Assembly: GCA_963754515.1 (NCBI GenBank)
Contig: CAVWGC010000001.1
Span: 456-64,455 of the forward strand
DNA from: an uncultured delta proteobacterium
GTDB taxonomy: Bacteria; Desulfobacterota; Syntrophia; Syntrophales; Fen-1087
Reading direction: 5' to 3'
DNA: 64,000 nt
Part shown: one piece after another, positions 1 through 6,963 of the stretch
How the letters are laid out: the number at the start of each line of letters is the position of its first letter
How positions within the stretch are numbered: position 1 is the stretch's first letter
Made by a program: the position numbers and the translations under genes
Notes under the pieces: generated by a model
What the model saw: only the letters and a program-made list of their open reading frames with translations
Told to the model about the DNA's origin: nothing
Databases searched by the model: none

Positions 1-114
1 AAGATTTCCCTCACCGTTCTTCGTCAGATAAACAGGTCCATCTTGCTCATGACACATTACAGCAATTTCGCGCGTTTGATTTCGAAGACTGGATATAGGC
101 TTAATTATTGGCAT
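1..114 (-). CDS. Phd/YefM-type antitoxin, N-terminal part only (gene runs off the left edge)
   Basis: Reverse-strand ATG at 112-114. The translation MPIIKPISSLRNQTREIAVMCHEQDGPVYLTKNGEGNL looks like the N-terminus of Phd/YefM-like antitoxins. Truncated, so absent from the ORF track. Confidence 0.55.
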   Translation of the reverse strand, partial: MPIIKPISSLRNQTREIAVMCHEQDGPVYLTKNGEGNL

Positions 115-147
115 TTCTGCACCTCTTGATAAAATTTGTGTCAATGC

Positions 148-165
148 TATCACCTAATTGTGATA
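148..165. promoter_or_regulatory. Inverted repeat TATCAC-N6-GTGATA, candidate operator upstream of the truncated antitoxin gene
   Basis: Perfect 6-bp arms at 148-153 and 160-165, about 35 nt upstream of the reverse-strand ATG at 114. Confidence 0.3.
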
Positions 166-204
166 AAATCAAGGACATATTATGCGTGTTGGAATTCCAG
201 AATT

Positions 205-249
205 CCGGGGACAGTATACTTAATTCTTACAAACCGGGGATATAATACC
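205..249 (+). repeat. Two tandem copies of repeat family GA (CCGGGGACAnnATAC-type)
   Basis: CCGGGGACAGTATAC at 205-219 and CCGGGGATATAATACC at 234-249. Related copies at 3269-3284(-), 4092-4107, 5355-5370 and 5508-5523(-). Confidence 0.7.
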
Positions 250-281
250 ATTCTTCATTTTTGTGAGTGAAAAAATTGGGG

Positions 282-296
282 TCTGTCCCCATTTAC
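282..296 (+). repeat. Half-site of palindrome family GP (TCTGTCCCCATTTAC)
   Basis: Identical 15-mer recurs at 1040-1054. It equals the right arm of the 37-nt palindrome at 9513-9549. Confidence 0.75.
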
Positions 297-309
297 CTGT
301 TTTTCTTTC

Positions 310-338
310 TTGACAGATACGTTTTCTGATTATATGAT
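310..338 (+). promoter_or_regulatory. Sigma70-like promoter for phd-vapC
   Basis: TTGACA at 310-315, 17-nt spacer, TATGAT at 333-338. A direct GATTATAT x2 overlaps the -10. Confidence 0.45.
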
Positions 339-368
339 TATATCAAATTATAAAGAGTGAGGTCTGCC

Positions 369-635
369 ATGCTTCAGATCACGGCCACGGAACTTGCACG
401 TAAATTCAAGCAGATGATGAATCTGGTCGAATTTCAGGGAGAGGAGCTAATCATCGTTCGCAACAACCATCAGGTGGCGAAGATCATTCCCGGGCCGGCA
501 ACGATGACGGCTCTCGAAGCCATGTCCGATCTTTACCGGACCTTGCCTGAGGATGCGGGCGCCGCATGGGTCAGCGACAGCAGGGAAGGAACCGGGGGCA
601 GCCTCGCCGAGGTGCGTGATCCTTGGGTTTCCTGA
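369..635 (+). CDS. Phd/YefM-family antitoxin
   Basis: ORF track 357..635. The ATG at 369 follows GAGG. MLQITATELARKFKQMMNLVEFQGEELIIVRNNHQVAKIIP is typical of the family. It overlaps the downstream PIN gene. Confidence 0.75.
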   Translation: MLQITATELARKFKQMMNLVEFQGEELIIVRNNHQVAKIIPGPATMTALEAMSDLYRTLPEDAGAAWVSDSREGTGGSLAEVRDPWVS

Positions 636-1036
636 TCGATACCTGCATCTGGGTGGATGTCGAGCGGGGCGCCCTGGCCCCGGCGGACGTAGCCCGATTC
701 ACCGGTACGGAGACCGTTTTTATCTCGCCCGTTTCGATTGCCGAACTCAAATTCGGGGCCGATAGCGCATTGGACCCCAACATCCGCCAGAAGCGCCAGG
801 CGGCCCTTCATCGGCTGAAACGAAAGCCCCTTTTACGCATCGATGAAACCACCGGTGAAATCTTTGGCAGCCTGGCCGCCCAGATGCGGGCACTGGGACT
901 CCAGCATCGACACCGGGTGCAGGATCTGTGGATCGCCAGTCAGGCGATACAGCACAGTTTAACCGTACTCACCTGTAATGAAAAAGATTTCGTCGATATT
1001 CCCGGATTATCTCTCAGAATAGTCGATAAAAAATAG
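623..1036 (+). CDS. vapC: PIN-domain toxin VapC
   Basis: GFLIDTCIWVDVERG N-terminus with the first acidic PIN residue. WIASQAIQHSLTVLTCNEKDF C-terminal motif. TTG start overlaps the antitoxin stop by 13 nt. Confidence 0.85.
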   Translation: MGFLIDTCIWVDVERGALAPADVARFTGTETVFISPVSIAELKFGADSALDPNIRQKRQAALHRLKRKPLLRIDETTGEIFGSLAAQMRALGLQHRHRVQDLWIASQAIQHSLTVLTCNEKDFVDIPGLSLRIVDKK

Positions 1037-1039
1037 GTT

Positions 1040-1054
1040 TCTGTCCCCATTTAC
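1040..1054 (+). repeat. Half-site of palindrome family GP (TCTGTCCCCATTTAC)
   Basis: Exact copy of 282-296, located 4 nt after the vapC stop. Confidence 0.75.
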
Positions 1055-1073
1055 ATCATTGCAATGCCCGCAT

Positions 1074-2318
1074 TCAACCTGTCAGCATAAGGAAATTCAC
1101 AGCCGGAATAATAAAACAATTTCCCGGATACTCTTCGACCCTCTCCGCCCTGTTGACGATCTGGTAGAACGGGATACCCAGTTTATCACTGTAATACCTC
1201 CCGTTTTTGCTGATTTCCCTGCTGCCCTCCTTGGCTTCGATAAGACAGATGGGAATATCATCCTTTACCATGACAAAATCCACTTCCCTCTTTTCGCGGT
1301 CACGGATATACCTGATTTCGTATTCTCCAAGACCTTTTTCCGTTAACCTGGCTGCCATTCTGCTCAGACTTACTGCAATCAGATTTTCAAAGCGAGTCCC
1401 CTCGTCGGTCAGGAGCGACCAGTCGTAAAAGTATAATTTAGTCTCTTTTTTTATTGCCCTGGTGATCTTTCTGTGCCAGGGACGCAGCGTAAAAACGAGA
1501 TAGAGGGCGCCCAGGACATCTATCCATCGTGCTATGGTTCTTTGGTTATATGCCAAATCATCGCTGAGCGATCTGATACTTAACGGCGAACCAACTTTCG
1601 TGGGCAGCACCTCTATCAGCACCTCAACTCCCTTTATATCCTGGATCTGTGAAAGATCTCTGACATCTTCTCTGGCAATTAAAGTTTTGTAATCTTTCTG
1701 CCACCTCCGGTGAAACGCTTCTTCACCCCGCAGAAATGGTTCTGGAAAGCCGCCGAATTTCCTCAGCAGTTCTAACCCTTCGTCAGCCTGCTTCACTTTC
1801 GCGTCTCTTAAGATTTTGGCGAATTTGCCGCCATTGGCAAATACTTCACCATCATTGAGAATACACGAAAAATCACCAACTGCTTCCGGGAGACCTATGG
1901 GAAACATTCGGTATGAAAAATACCTTCCCAATAAGGAGTCTCCTGATCGCTGATAGGTGTCGAACCGTCCGGAACCGGTAACAAGAAGTTGCATCCTGTC
2001 TTTGTTGGTATCAAAAAAACCTTTTAGAATGTTGCGCCAGTGCTTATTTTTATGAATCTCATCAAAGACCATCGGAACGGGATCTTTTTTGAACCTTTCC
2101 TCAACAATATTCTTAAACCATAATGGGTTGCGCTTATACTCCAGTAGAACCGACGGATCATCCCAATTAAAGTAGGTCTCTTTTGTGCCTGTGCCGGAAG
2201 ATTTTAACCACATCTGGGCGAACGTGGTTTTACCCACCTGCCTCGGACCTGTTAAAAAGATCATCTTTCCGGCAGTCATTCGGGGATCAAATATGTAAGT
2301 ACCTACGATTCTTTCCAT
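1074..2318 (-). CDS. AAA-type ATPase with DUF4143-like C-terminal domain
   Basis: Walker A FLTGPRQVGKTT and Walker B-like VFDEIH. Overall pattern matches the AAA_14/DUF4143 'ATP-binding protein' family. Start moved to MERIVG (cat at 2316-2318). The longer track ORF runs through leader repeats. Confidence 0.75.
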   Translation of the reverse strand: MERIVGTYIFDPRMTAGKMIFLTGPRQVGKTTFAQMWLKSSGTGTKETYFNWDDPSVLLEYKRNPLWFKNIVEERFKKDPVPMVFDEIHKNKHWRNILKGFFDTNKDRMQLLVTGSGRFDTYQRSGDSLLGRYFSYRMFPIGLPEAVGDFSCILNDGEVFANGGKFAKILRDAKVKQADEGLELLRKFGGFPEPFLRGEEAFHRRWQKDYKTLIAREDVRDLSQIQDIKGVEVLIEVLPTKVGSPLSIRSLSDDLAYNQRTIARWIDVLGALYLVFTLRPWHRKITRAIKKETKLYFYDWSLLTDEGTRFENLIAVSLSRMAARLTEKGLGEYEIRYIRDREKREVDFVMVKDDIPICLIEAKEGSREISKNGRYYSDKLGIPFYQIVNRAERVEEYPGNCFIIPAVNFLMLTG

Positions 2319-2326
2319 TATTTTTC

Positions 2327-2370
2327 CCGTGCTTTCCGTGCCTTCCTTACCTTCCGTGCTTTCCGTGCTG
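2327..2370. repeat. Four phased CCGTGC motifs in the ATPase leader
   Basis: CCGTGC at 2327, 2336, 2354 and 2363 (9/18/9-nt phasing), just upstream of the reverse-strand start at 2318. A near-perfect palindrome GCATAAATGTC-AA-GACATTTGTGC follows at 2389-2412. Confidence 0.6.
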
Positions 2371-2594
2371 ACAATTGTGCATATCTGCGCATAAATGTCA
2401 AGACATTTGTGCATAGGGAAACCGGGAGTATCGATTTTTCTCCTTAGAGAATATCATGCCGCCATAATGTAGAACGATCGTTCTTTTTGTCAATAAGAAT
2501 ATAGAATGACAGGAAAGAGCCGGCCACGAAAAACTGTAACCACTTCTTGGTTTTTTCCTTTGCCTTTTGTCCCCACTTCTGATATTTTCACAAC

Positions 2595-2848
2595 ATGAAC
2601 AAGAAACAGCGGAAGAACCTTGCCAACATTTACGAAAACCGACCCGATGCGATGTTTCATGGCGGAATGTTGAAGCTCTCTTCAAAGCGATAGGGGCAGA
2701 TATTTTTGAAGGCGAGGGATCGCGTGTTTCGGTAGTTTTCAATAAACGGGTTCTGAATATCCATAAACCGCACCCGAGCGGCCAGTTGAAAAAATATACT
2801 GTTGAAAAAGTAAGGGATTTCCTGAATATCATAGGGCTAAAACCATGA
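2595..2848 (+). pseudogene. hicA: HicA-family mRNA interferase toxin, reading frame broken in an A-run
   Basis: The ATG at 2595 gives MNKKQRKNLANIYE (classic HicA N-terminus), then stops early. The rest (KPTRCDVSWRNVEALFKAIGADIFEGEGSRV...HKPHPSG...) is in the -1 frame, which is track ORF 2567..2848 with a TTG start. One extra A in AAAA 2635-2638 restores an 84-aa HicA. Confidence 0.75.
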
Positions 2849-3192
2849 ATAAAAACTATTTAAAATACAAAAAGTACGTCGGGACCGTTCAGTTTGACGC
2901 CGATGATCGTATCTTTCACGGGCGTGTCTTGGGGATCAATGATGTCATAAGTTTTGAAGGCTCGTCGGTGGCGGAGCTTGAGCAAGATTTCAAGGCGGCC
3001 ATTGACGACTATTTCGAGACATGCCGAAAAATCGGCAAAGAACCGGAAAAACCTTTCAAAGGAGCCTTCAATCTTCGGCTCGATCCATCTCTCCATGAGA
3101 TACTTGTGACCGGCGCTTTGCGCGAGGGGAAAACCTTGAACGCTTTTGTCAAGGATGTTCTGGAAAAGGCCGTTTCTGAGATGCACGCCTGA
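2845..3192 (+). CDS. hicB: HicB-family antitoxin
   Basis: ATGA overlap with the hicA stop. KYVGTVQFDADDRIFHGRVLGINDVISFEGSSVAELEQDFKAAIDDY is a typical HicB N-domain. The C-terminus is RHH-like. Confidence 0.85.
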   Translation: MNKNYLKYKKYVGTVQFDADDRIFHGRVLGINDVISFEGSSVAELEQDFKAAIDDYFETCRKIGKEPEKPFKGAFNLRLDPSLHEILVTGALREGKTLNAFVKDVLEKAVSEMHA

Positions 3193-3211
3193 AGTATCAT
3201 GTGGTTGTTTT

Positions 3212-3284
3212 TTAATTAGGGACAGAGCCCCTATTAATTCTAATTTCCATACTAATTTCCTGAAAAACGGTATGATGTCCCCGG
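3212..3284. repeat. Repeat family GB copy (3212-3240) plus inverted GA copy (3269-3284)
   Basis: TTAATTAGGGACAGAGCCCCTATTAATTC is identical to 4114-4142. GGTATGATGTCCCCGG is the reverse complement of the GA consensus. Confidence 0.75.
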
Positions 3285-3348
3285 TTTTCCCCACCGGTTT
3301 TCCCATTAATTGCGTGACATCCCGGCCAAATTCTGGTATAGGTTCATC

Positions 3349-3570
3349 ATGATCAAGGACACAGAAATACTCAGAAAGTTTGAATGCGATTTTATCAGCG
3401 GCCAGGGGCGCCTCCCCTATGAGCAGTCACAGAAACTCTTTACCGCCATGTGGAAAGAAGGCGTCACGCTCGGGGTGTTTCCCCCCGTTGATCCGCTGGC
3501 GGGCATCGAGGTCGATATTCGGATAGCCCGGATTCTCAATACATGTTTGACGAAACCATTGCCCGGATAG
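3349..3570 (+). CDS. Small hypothetical protein, putative partner of the downstream nucleotidyltransferase
   Basis: Track ORF 3310..3570. ATG at 3349 (MIKDTEILRKFECDF...). It overlaps the next gene by 28 nt. No motif recognised. Confidence 0.45.
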   Translation: MIKDTEILRKFECDFISGQGRLPYEQSQKLFTAMWKEGVTLGVFPPVDPLAGIEVDIRIARILNTCLTKPLPG

Positions 3571-4103
3571 GCGCTTCTCTCGAAAGAGCCGGCATCCCCT
3601 ACATGATCATCGGGGGACAAGCCGTCCTGTTGTATGGTGAACCCCGTCTCACCCGCGACATCGACATCACCCTTGGCGTCAATATCGATCGGCTCGAAAC
3701 CCTTCTCGCTGTGGCGCAGCAGCTTTCCCTCAAGCCCCTCCCGGAAGACACAGCGGCGTTTGTCCGTCAAACCATGGTCTTGCCCACTCTGGACGAGGCA
3801 ACGGGTATTCGGGTTGATTTCATCTTTTCTTTCACGCCCTACGAATCCCAGGCAATCCTGAGGGCGAAAAAAGTCAGGATCCTGGATCAGGACGTCTGTT
3901 TCGCCGCGGTTGAAGACCTGATCATCCATAAGATATTTGCCGGACGGCCCAGAGACATCGAGGATGTGCAGGCGGTGATCCTGAAAAATCCTGCCTTGGA
4001 AATCCCCTACATAGAGGAATGGCTGAAAGCCTTCGATGCCGCATCCGATGAAAAGAATTTCCTGGTCACCTTCAGGGCAATCACGGGAAAACCGGGGACA
4101 TAA
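3543..4103 (+). CDS. Nucleotidyltransferase-fold protein (DUF6036-like)
   Basis: IPYMIIGGQAVLLYGEPRLTRDIDI matches the G-G-x-A...R-x-T-x-D-x-D minimal NTase signature. 186 aa. Confidence 0.65.
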   Translation: MFDETIARIGASLERAGIPYMIIGGQAVLLYGEPRLTRDIDITLGVNIDRLETLLAVAQQLSLKPLPEDTAAFVRQTMVLPTLDEATGIRVDFIFSFTPYESQAILRAKKVRILDQDVCFAAVEDLIIHKIFAGRPRDIEDVQAVILKNPALEIPYIEEWLKAFDAASDEKNFLVTFRAITGKPGT

Positions 4104-4198
4104 TACCGTTTTTTTAATTAGGGACAGAGCCCCTATTAATTCTGACTCAATTGGGGCTCTGTCCCTAATTAAACAATAGGGGCTCTGTCCCTAATTAA
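4092..4198. repeat. Composite repeat block: GA(+) 4092-4107, GB(+) 4114-4142, GB(-) 4153-4172, GB(-) 4175-4198
   Basis: GB(+) and the first GB(-) form a 20-bp stem (TTAATTAGGGACAGAGCCCC / GGGGCTCTGTCCCTAATTAA). The NTase stop lies in GA. The vanZ-like stop and its last 9 codons lie in the GB copies. Confidence 0.8.
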
Positions 4199-5311
4199 TT
4201 GATAAATCGCGATGCCGATAATCGTCCCTGCCGCATTGCAGGCCACATCGGTCAGCGAGGAATCTCTCGTAGGGAGCCAGGCCTGCGTCAACTCGATAAA
4301 CAGGCTGAGCCCGGTACTGAAAATCGCGGTAATCACATAAACTGTCGGACTCTTCTGTCGGGTGCCCCTGAGTAACAAGGCGGTAAAGAAAAATCCCGCG
4401 GGGATAAAGCCGAGAAGATTGACCGTCACATCCTGGACGAAAGACCAATTCAACCGGAAGCCCGGCCAGGGTGGCGCGAGTAATTTTCTCCGGACGGGTT
4501 TGAATATCTCCGGGATGGTCAATGTCTCGTCCGGACTGACCACATTGTGGATCATTCCCCCATTTCTCTCATAGAAGGGATAGAGGCCGATGAGCCCCGG
4601 CTCCTGTTTGATCGCAAAGGAATCCTGCCGCAGCCATGCCTGGTAATGCCTGAAAACCTCATCCGGTGTGAGGGTCCGATTGTAGATGGCGAGGCCCCCG
4701 ATCTCGCCGGTCCAGCAGCTTTCTCCGGTGGGCGAATTGCCGAGGATCAGGCGGGCGTTCCCGGATGCGTCTGCAGCAAGCAGGCGGTGACGAGGATAGG
4801 TTTTCCCCAATTGACCATTTAAATAGAATGCCGATCCTTTCGTGCCCGATACAACCGTTAGAAATACATCCTTGTCTTTCACCAGGACGCCGCGAAATCC
4901 CATTTCCTGGTAGGGCCTGCCCCGCTTCCGGGCGGCCGGGTCATCGGCTCTGCTCCAAATAACCATATGGGACCGCCACTGTCTCACAGCAAAGATATCC
5001 AGTATTTTCCCATCGTAAAGAGTCAGGATGTTCGGGGCATTGCCTGGTTCGAGCGCCGGACGAAGCCGGAACTCCAGCGTGATGGACTTGCTGTCAAAGA
5101 GCGACTTCTGCCGTTCCTGATTGAGATCGGAGCCGATGATCATCCCCTGACCATAAAAATGGACGCCGTCCCTATCAGGCAGCCATGCCACCTTGTTTTT
5201 GGGGAAGAAGTTGAAAGGCCACAAACCAGCTACGAGAGTAATGAAAAGAATGGCAAGACAGATGCTTTTAAGAAGATAATGGGGAACAGCCATTCGGGAG
5301 GTGCGTGCCAT
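4169..5311 (-). CDS. Membrane protein with a LamG/concanavalin-like domain fused to a VanZ-like C-terminal domain
   Basis: N-terminal TM segment, a central LamG-like region (LILGNSP...WTGEIGGLAIYNRTLTPDEV), and a C-terminal multi-TM VanZ-like segment (LTDVACNAAGTIIG). Confidence 0.6.
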   Translation of the reverse strand: MARTSRMAVPHYLLKSICLAILFITLVAGLWPFNFFPKNKVAWLPDRDGVHFYGQGMIIGSDLNQERQKSLFDSKSITLEFRLRPALEPGNAPNILTLYDGKILDIFAVRQWRSHMVIWSRADDPAARKRGRPYQEMGFRGVLVKDKDVFLTVVSGTKGSAFYLNGQLGKTYPRHRLLAADASGNARLILGNSPTGESCWTGEIGGLAIYNRTLTPDEVFRHYQAWLRQDSFAIKQEPGLIGLYPFYERNGGMIHNVVSPDETLTIPEIFKPVRRKLLAPPWPGFRLNWSFVQDVTVNLLGFIPAGFFFTALLLRGTRQKSPTVYVITAIFSTGLSLFIELTQAWLPTRDSSLTDVACNAAGTIIGIAIYQLIRDRAPIV

Positions 5312-5354
5312 GCGTTGAATCTATAACGCCGACGCAATAATATCAACGAGAAAA

Positions 5355-5370
5355 CCGGGGACATTATACC
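5355..5370 (+). repeat. GA repeat copy
   Basis: CCGGGGACATTATACC, flanked by GAAAA and ATTTT like the other copies. Confidence 0.7.
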
Positions 5371-5386
5371 ATTTTCCCGAAATTAG

Positions 5387-5505
5387 TACTCCGGCAAGTA
5401 AACATGTTAAGGGTTGTCATTCCGGGCTTGACCCGGAATCCAGTACAGTCATGGATTCCCGCTTCCGCGGGAATGACGACTTTGATATATATTGTTGCCG
5501 GTGTA
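5387..5505 (-). repeat. MITE-like element R2, full copy (119 bp)
   Basis: Ends TACTCCGGCAA / TTGCCGGTGTA are inverted. Two internal hairpins (ATTCCGGG..CCCGGAAT and ATTCCCGC..GCGGGAAT). Homologous to 30532-30645 and to the half copy at 10365-10427. Produces the spurious VIPAEAGIH ORFs. Confidence 0.85.
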
Positions 5506-5507
5506 AT

Positions 5508-5523
5508 AGTATTATGTCCCCGG
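5508..5523 (-). repeat. GA repeat copy (inverted)
   Basis: AGTATTATGTCCCCGG is the reverse complement of CCGGGGACATAATACT. Confidence 0.7.
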
Positions 5524-5564
5524 TTTTTTCCGGTTTTTGCTCTTGACAGACAATGAAAAATATA

Positions 5565-5593
5565 TTGACAAATAATGACAATGCTCATAAATT
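5565..5593 (+). promoter_or_regulatory. Sigma70-like promoter for the PAS-GGDEF gene
   Basis: TTGACA at 5565-5570, 17-nt spacer, TAAATT at 5588-5593. A second TTGACA sits at 5543-5548. Confidence 0.4.
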
Positions 5594-5629
5594 TATGACC
5601 TTTCCATGTCATAATTAAATACTTAAAAT

Positions 5630-6943
5630 ATGGAGCGCAAAAACATGAAGCCAAAAAGCAAGACGAAGAAACAGCTTGTTGACGAGTTGGACGCGCTGCA
5701 GGAACGTATCTTGGAACTTGAGGCATCAGGAATAGATCCCCGGTATCCCCAGCGGGACTTTGGTGAAAGAATCGGTGGATACTTCCCGCAGGTTGAGCAC
5801 ATGAATGAGGCCATCTATGTCATTTTCGACAGAAAATACGAATTCGTCAACGAGAAGTTTGCCGAATTGTTTGGCGTAACACAGGAAGAGATTTGCAGTG
5901 CCTCATTTGATCCGACAACCCTGGTTGCGCCGGAAAGCAGACATTTCATCAGAGAGAAATACCGCCAGGGGTCCCACGGCGAGTTCATGGTTCAGCAATA
6001 CGAGTTTACCGGCCTGACCAAGGATGGTGTAAAAATTGAGTGCGAAACCTTCGTGCTGTTCGTTCCCTACAAATGGGGGGTCGCCATTCATGGGATGCTC
6101 CGGAACATCACCGTACGCAAACGAATCGACGAGGAGCTTCAGCGGAACCGAAGCGACCTGCAGATTGTTTTGAATTCCATTCCGACCAGTATTTTTTATA
6201 CGGACAAGGATCACCGGTTTGTCCGGGCCAATAAGGCGTTCTGCAAATCTCTCGGATTTCCGATGGAACAGGTCATCGGAAAAACACTGATCGAACTTTT
6301 CCCCAATCTGCCGCCTGATCAACTTTCTCACTTCTTTGATGTCAGCAACCAGGTCATGAGTTCAGGCCATTCCAGACGCGGTTTTATCGAAATCTTCCCT
6401 TCCGTGCGCGGGAGACGATGGATTCAAAATGACCGGGTTCCCTACCGGGACGAAAATGGAGACATCATCGGCGTTATCTGCCTGGCCATTGACATCAGCG
6501 ATTTCAGGGAAACGGAAGAAAAGCTCTGGTACCTGAGCTTCCACGATGTGCTTACCGGTCTTTATAATCGGGCCTACTTTGATGAGGAGGTGTCCCGGCT
6601 CAGAGGCGGCAGGCAATTCCCGATCACTGTTGTCACCATAACCCTGGACGACCTGAGATCCGTTAACGACCGTCACGGCATCGCCGCGGGAAATGAATTG
6701 TTGCGGCGCACATCCAAGGTTTTGAACGCATTCCGCACAGAGGATGTGGTCGCCAGAGTCAGTGGAGACAAGTTTGCCGCGCTCCTGCCCCAGTCGGACA
6801 GCGCCATCGCTGAAAACGTCCTGGGACGGATCAAAGATACCCTTGCGTCACACAACAAACATCACGATGTGATGCCGCTGAACCTCTCATTCACGGCGGC
6901 AACGTTGGCCCAACCCCAGGAGATGTCCCGTATTGTCATTTAG
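5630..6943 (+). CDS. PAS/PAC sensor protein with a degenerate GGDEF domain
   Basis: Two PAS-like segments, then HDVLTGLYNRAYF...DDLRSVNDRHGIAAGNELL...RTEDVVARVSGDKFAALLP. The active-site motif reads SGDKF (6761-6775). Confidence 0.85.
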   Translation: MERKNMKPKSKTKKQLVDELDALQERILELEASGIDPRYPQRDFGERIGGYFPQVEHMNEAIYVIFDRKYEFVNEKFAELFGVTQEEICSASFDPTTLVAPESRHFIREKYRQGSHGEFMVQQYEFTGLTKDGVKIECETFVLFVPYKWGVAIHGMLRNITVRKRIDEELQRNRSDLQIVLNSIPTSIFYTDKDHRFVRANKAFCKSLGFPMEQVIGKTLIELFPNLPPDQLSHFFDVSNQVMSSGHSRRGFIEIFPSVRGRRWIQNDRVPYRDENGDIIGVICLAIDISDFRETEEKLWYLSFHDVLTGLYNRAYFDEEVSRLRGGRQFPITVVTITLDDLRSVNDRHGIAAGNELLRRTSKVLNAFRTEDVVARVSGDKFAALLPQSDSAIAENVLGRIKDTLASHNKHHDVMPLNLSFTAATLAQPQEMSRIVI

Positions 6944-6963
6944 CGGTGCAGAAGGACAAAGCC

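Noticed and set aside
2567-2848. Taking the track ORF (TTG start, 93 aa) as an intact hicA.
   Set aside because: Its first about 25 residues are unlike HicA. A separate frame starting at the ATG at 2595 encodes a textbook HicA N-terminus, so a frameshifted gene explains both observations better.
1-5523. Possibility that the TA-module array is a chromosomal integron cassette array and the repeats are attC sites.
   Set aside because: No intI gene or attI is in view. The genes are in mixed orientation. The repeats lack the RYYYAAC...GTTRRRY attC core organisation. I kept it as an unclassified repeat-delimited array instead.
5364-5726. ORFs translating the repeats: VIPAEAGIH-type (5364-5726, 10216-10467, 30425-30658) and LRCASSFVVAAYA-type (8563-8953, 16634-16816, 45536-45754, 51670-51915).
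   Set aside because: The amino-acid similarity between them is explained entirely by the nucleotide repeat families R2 and R1. Copies occur in both orientations and in different frames relative to their neighbours.
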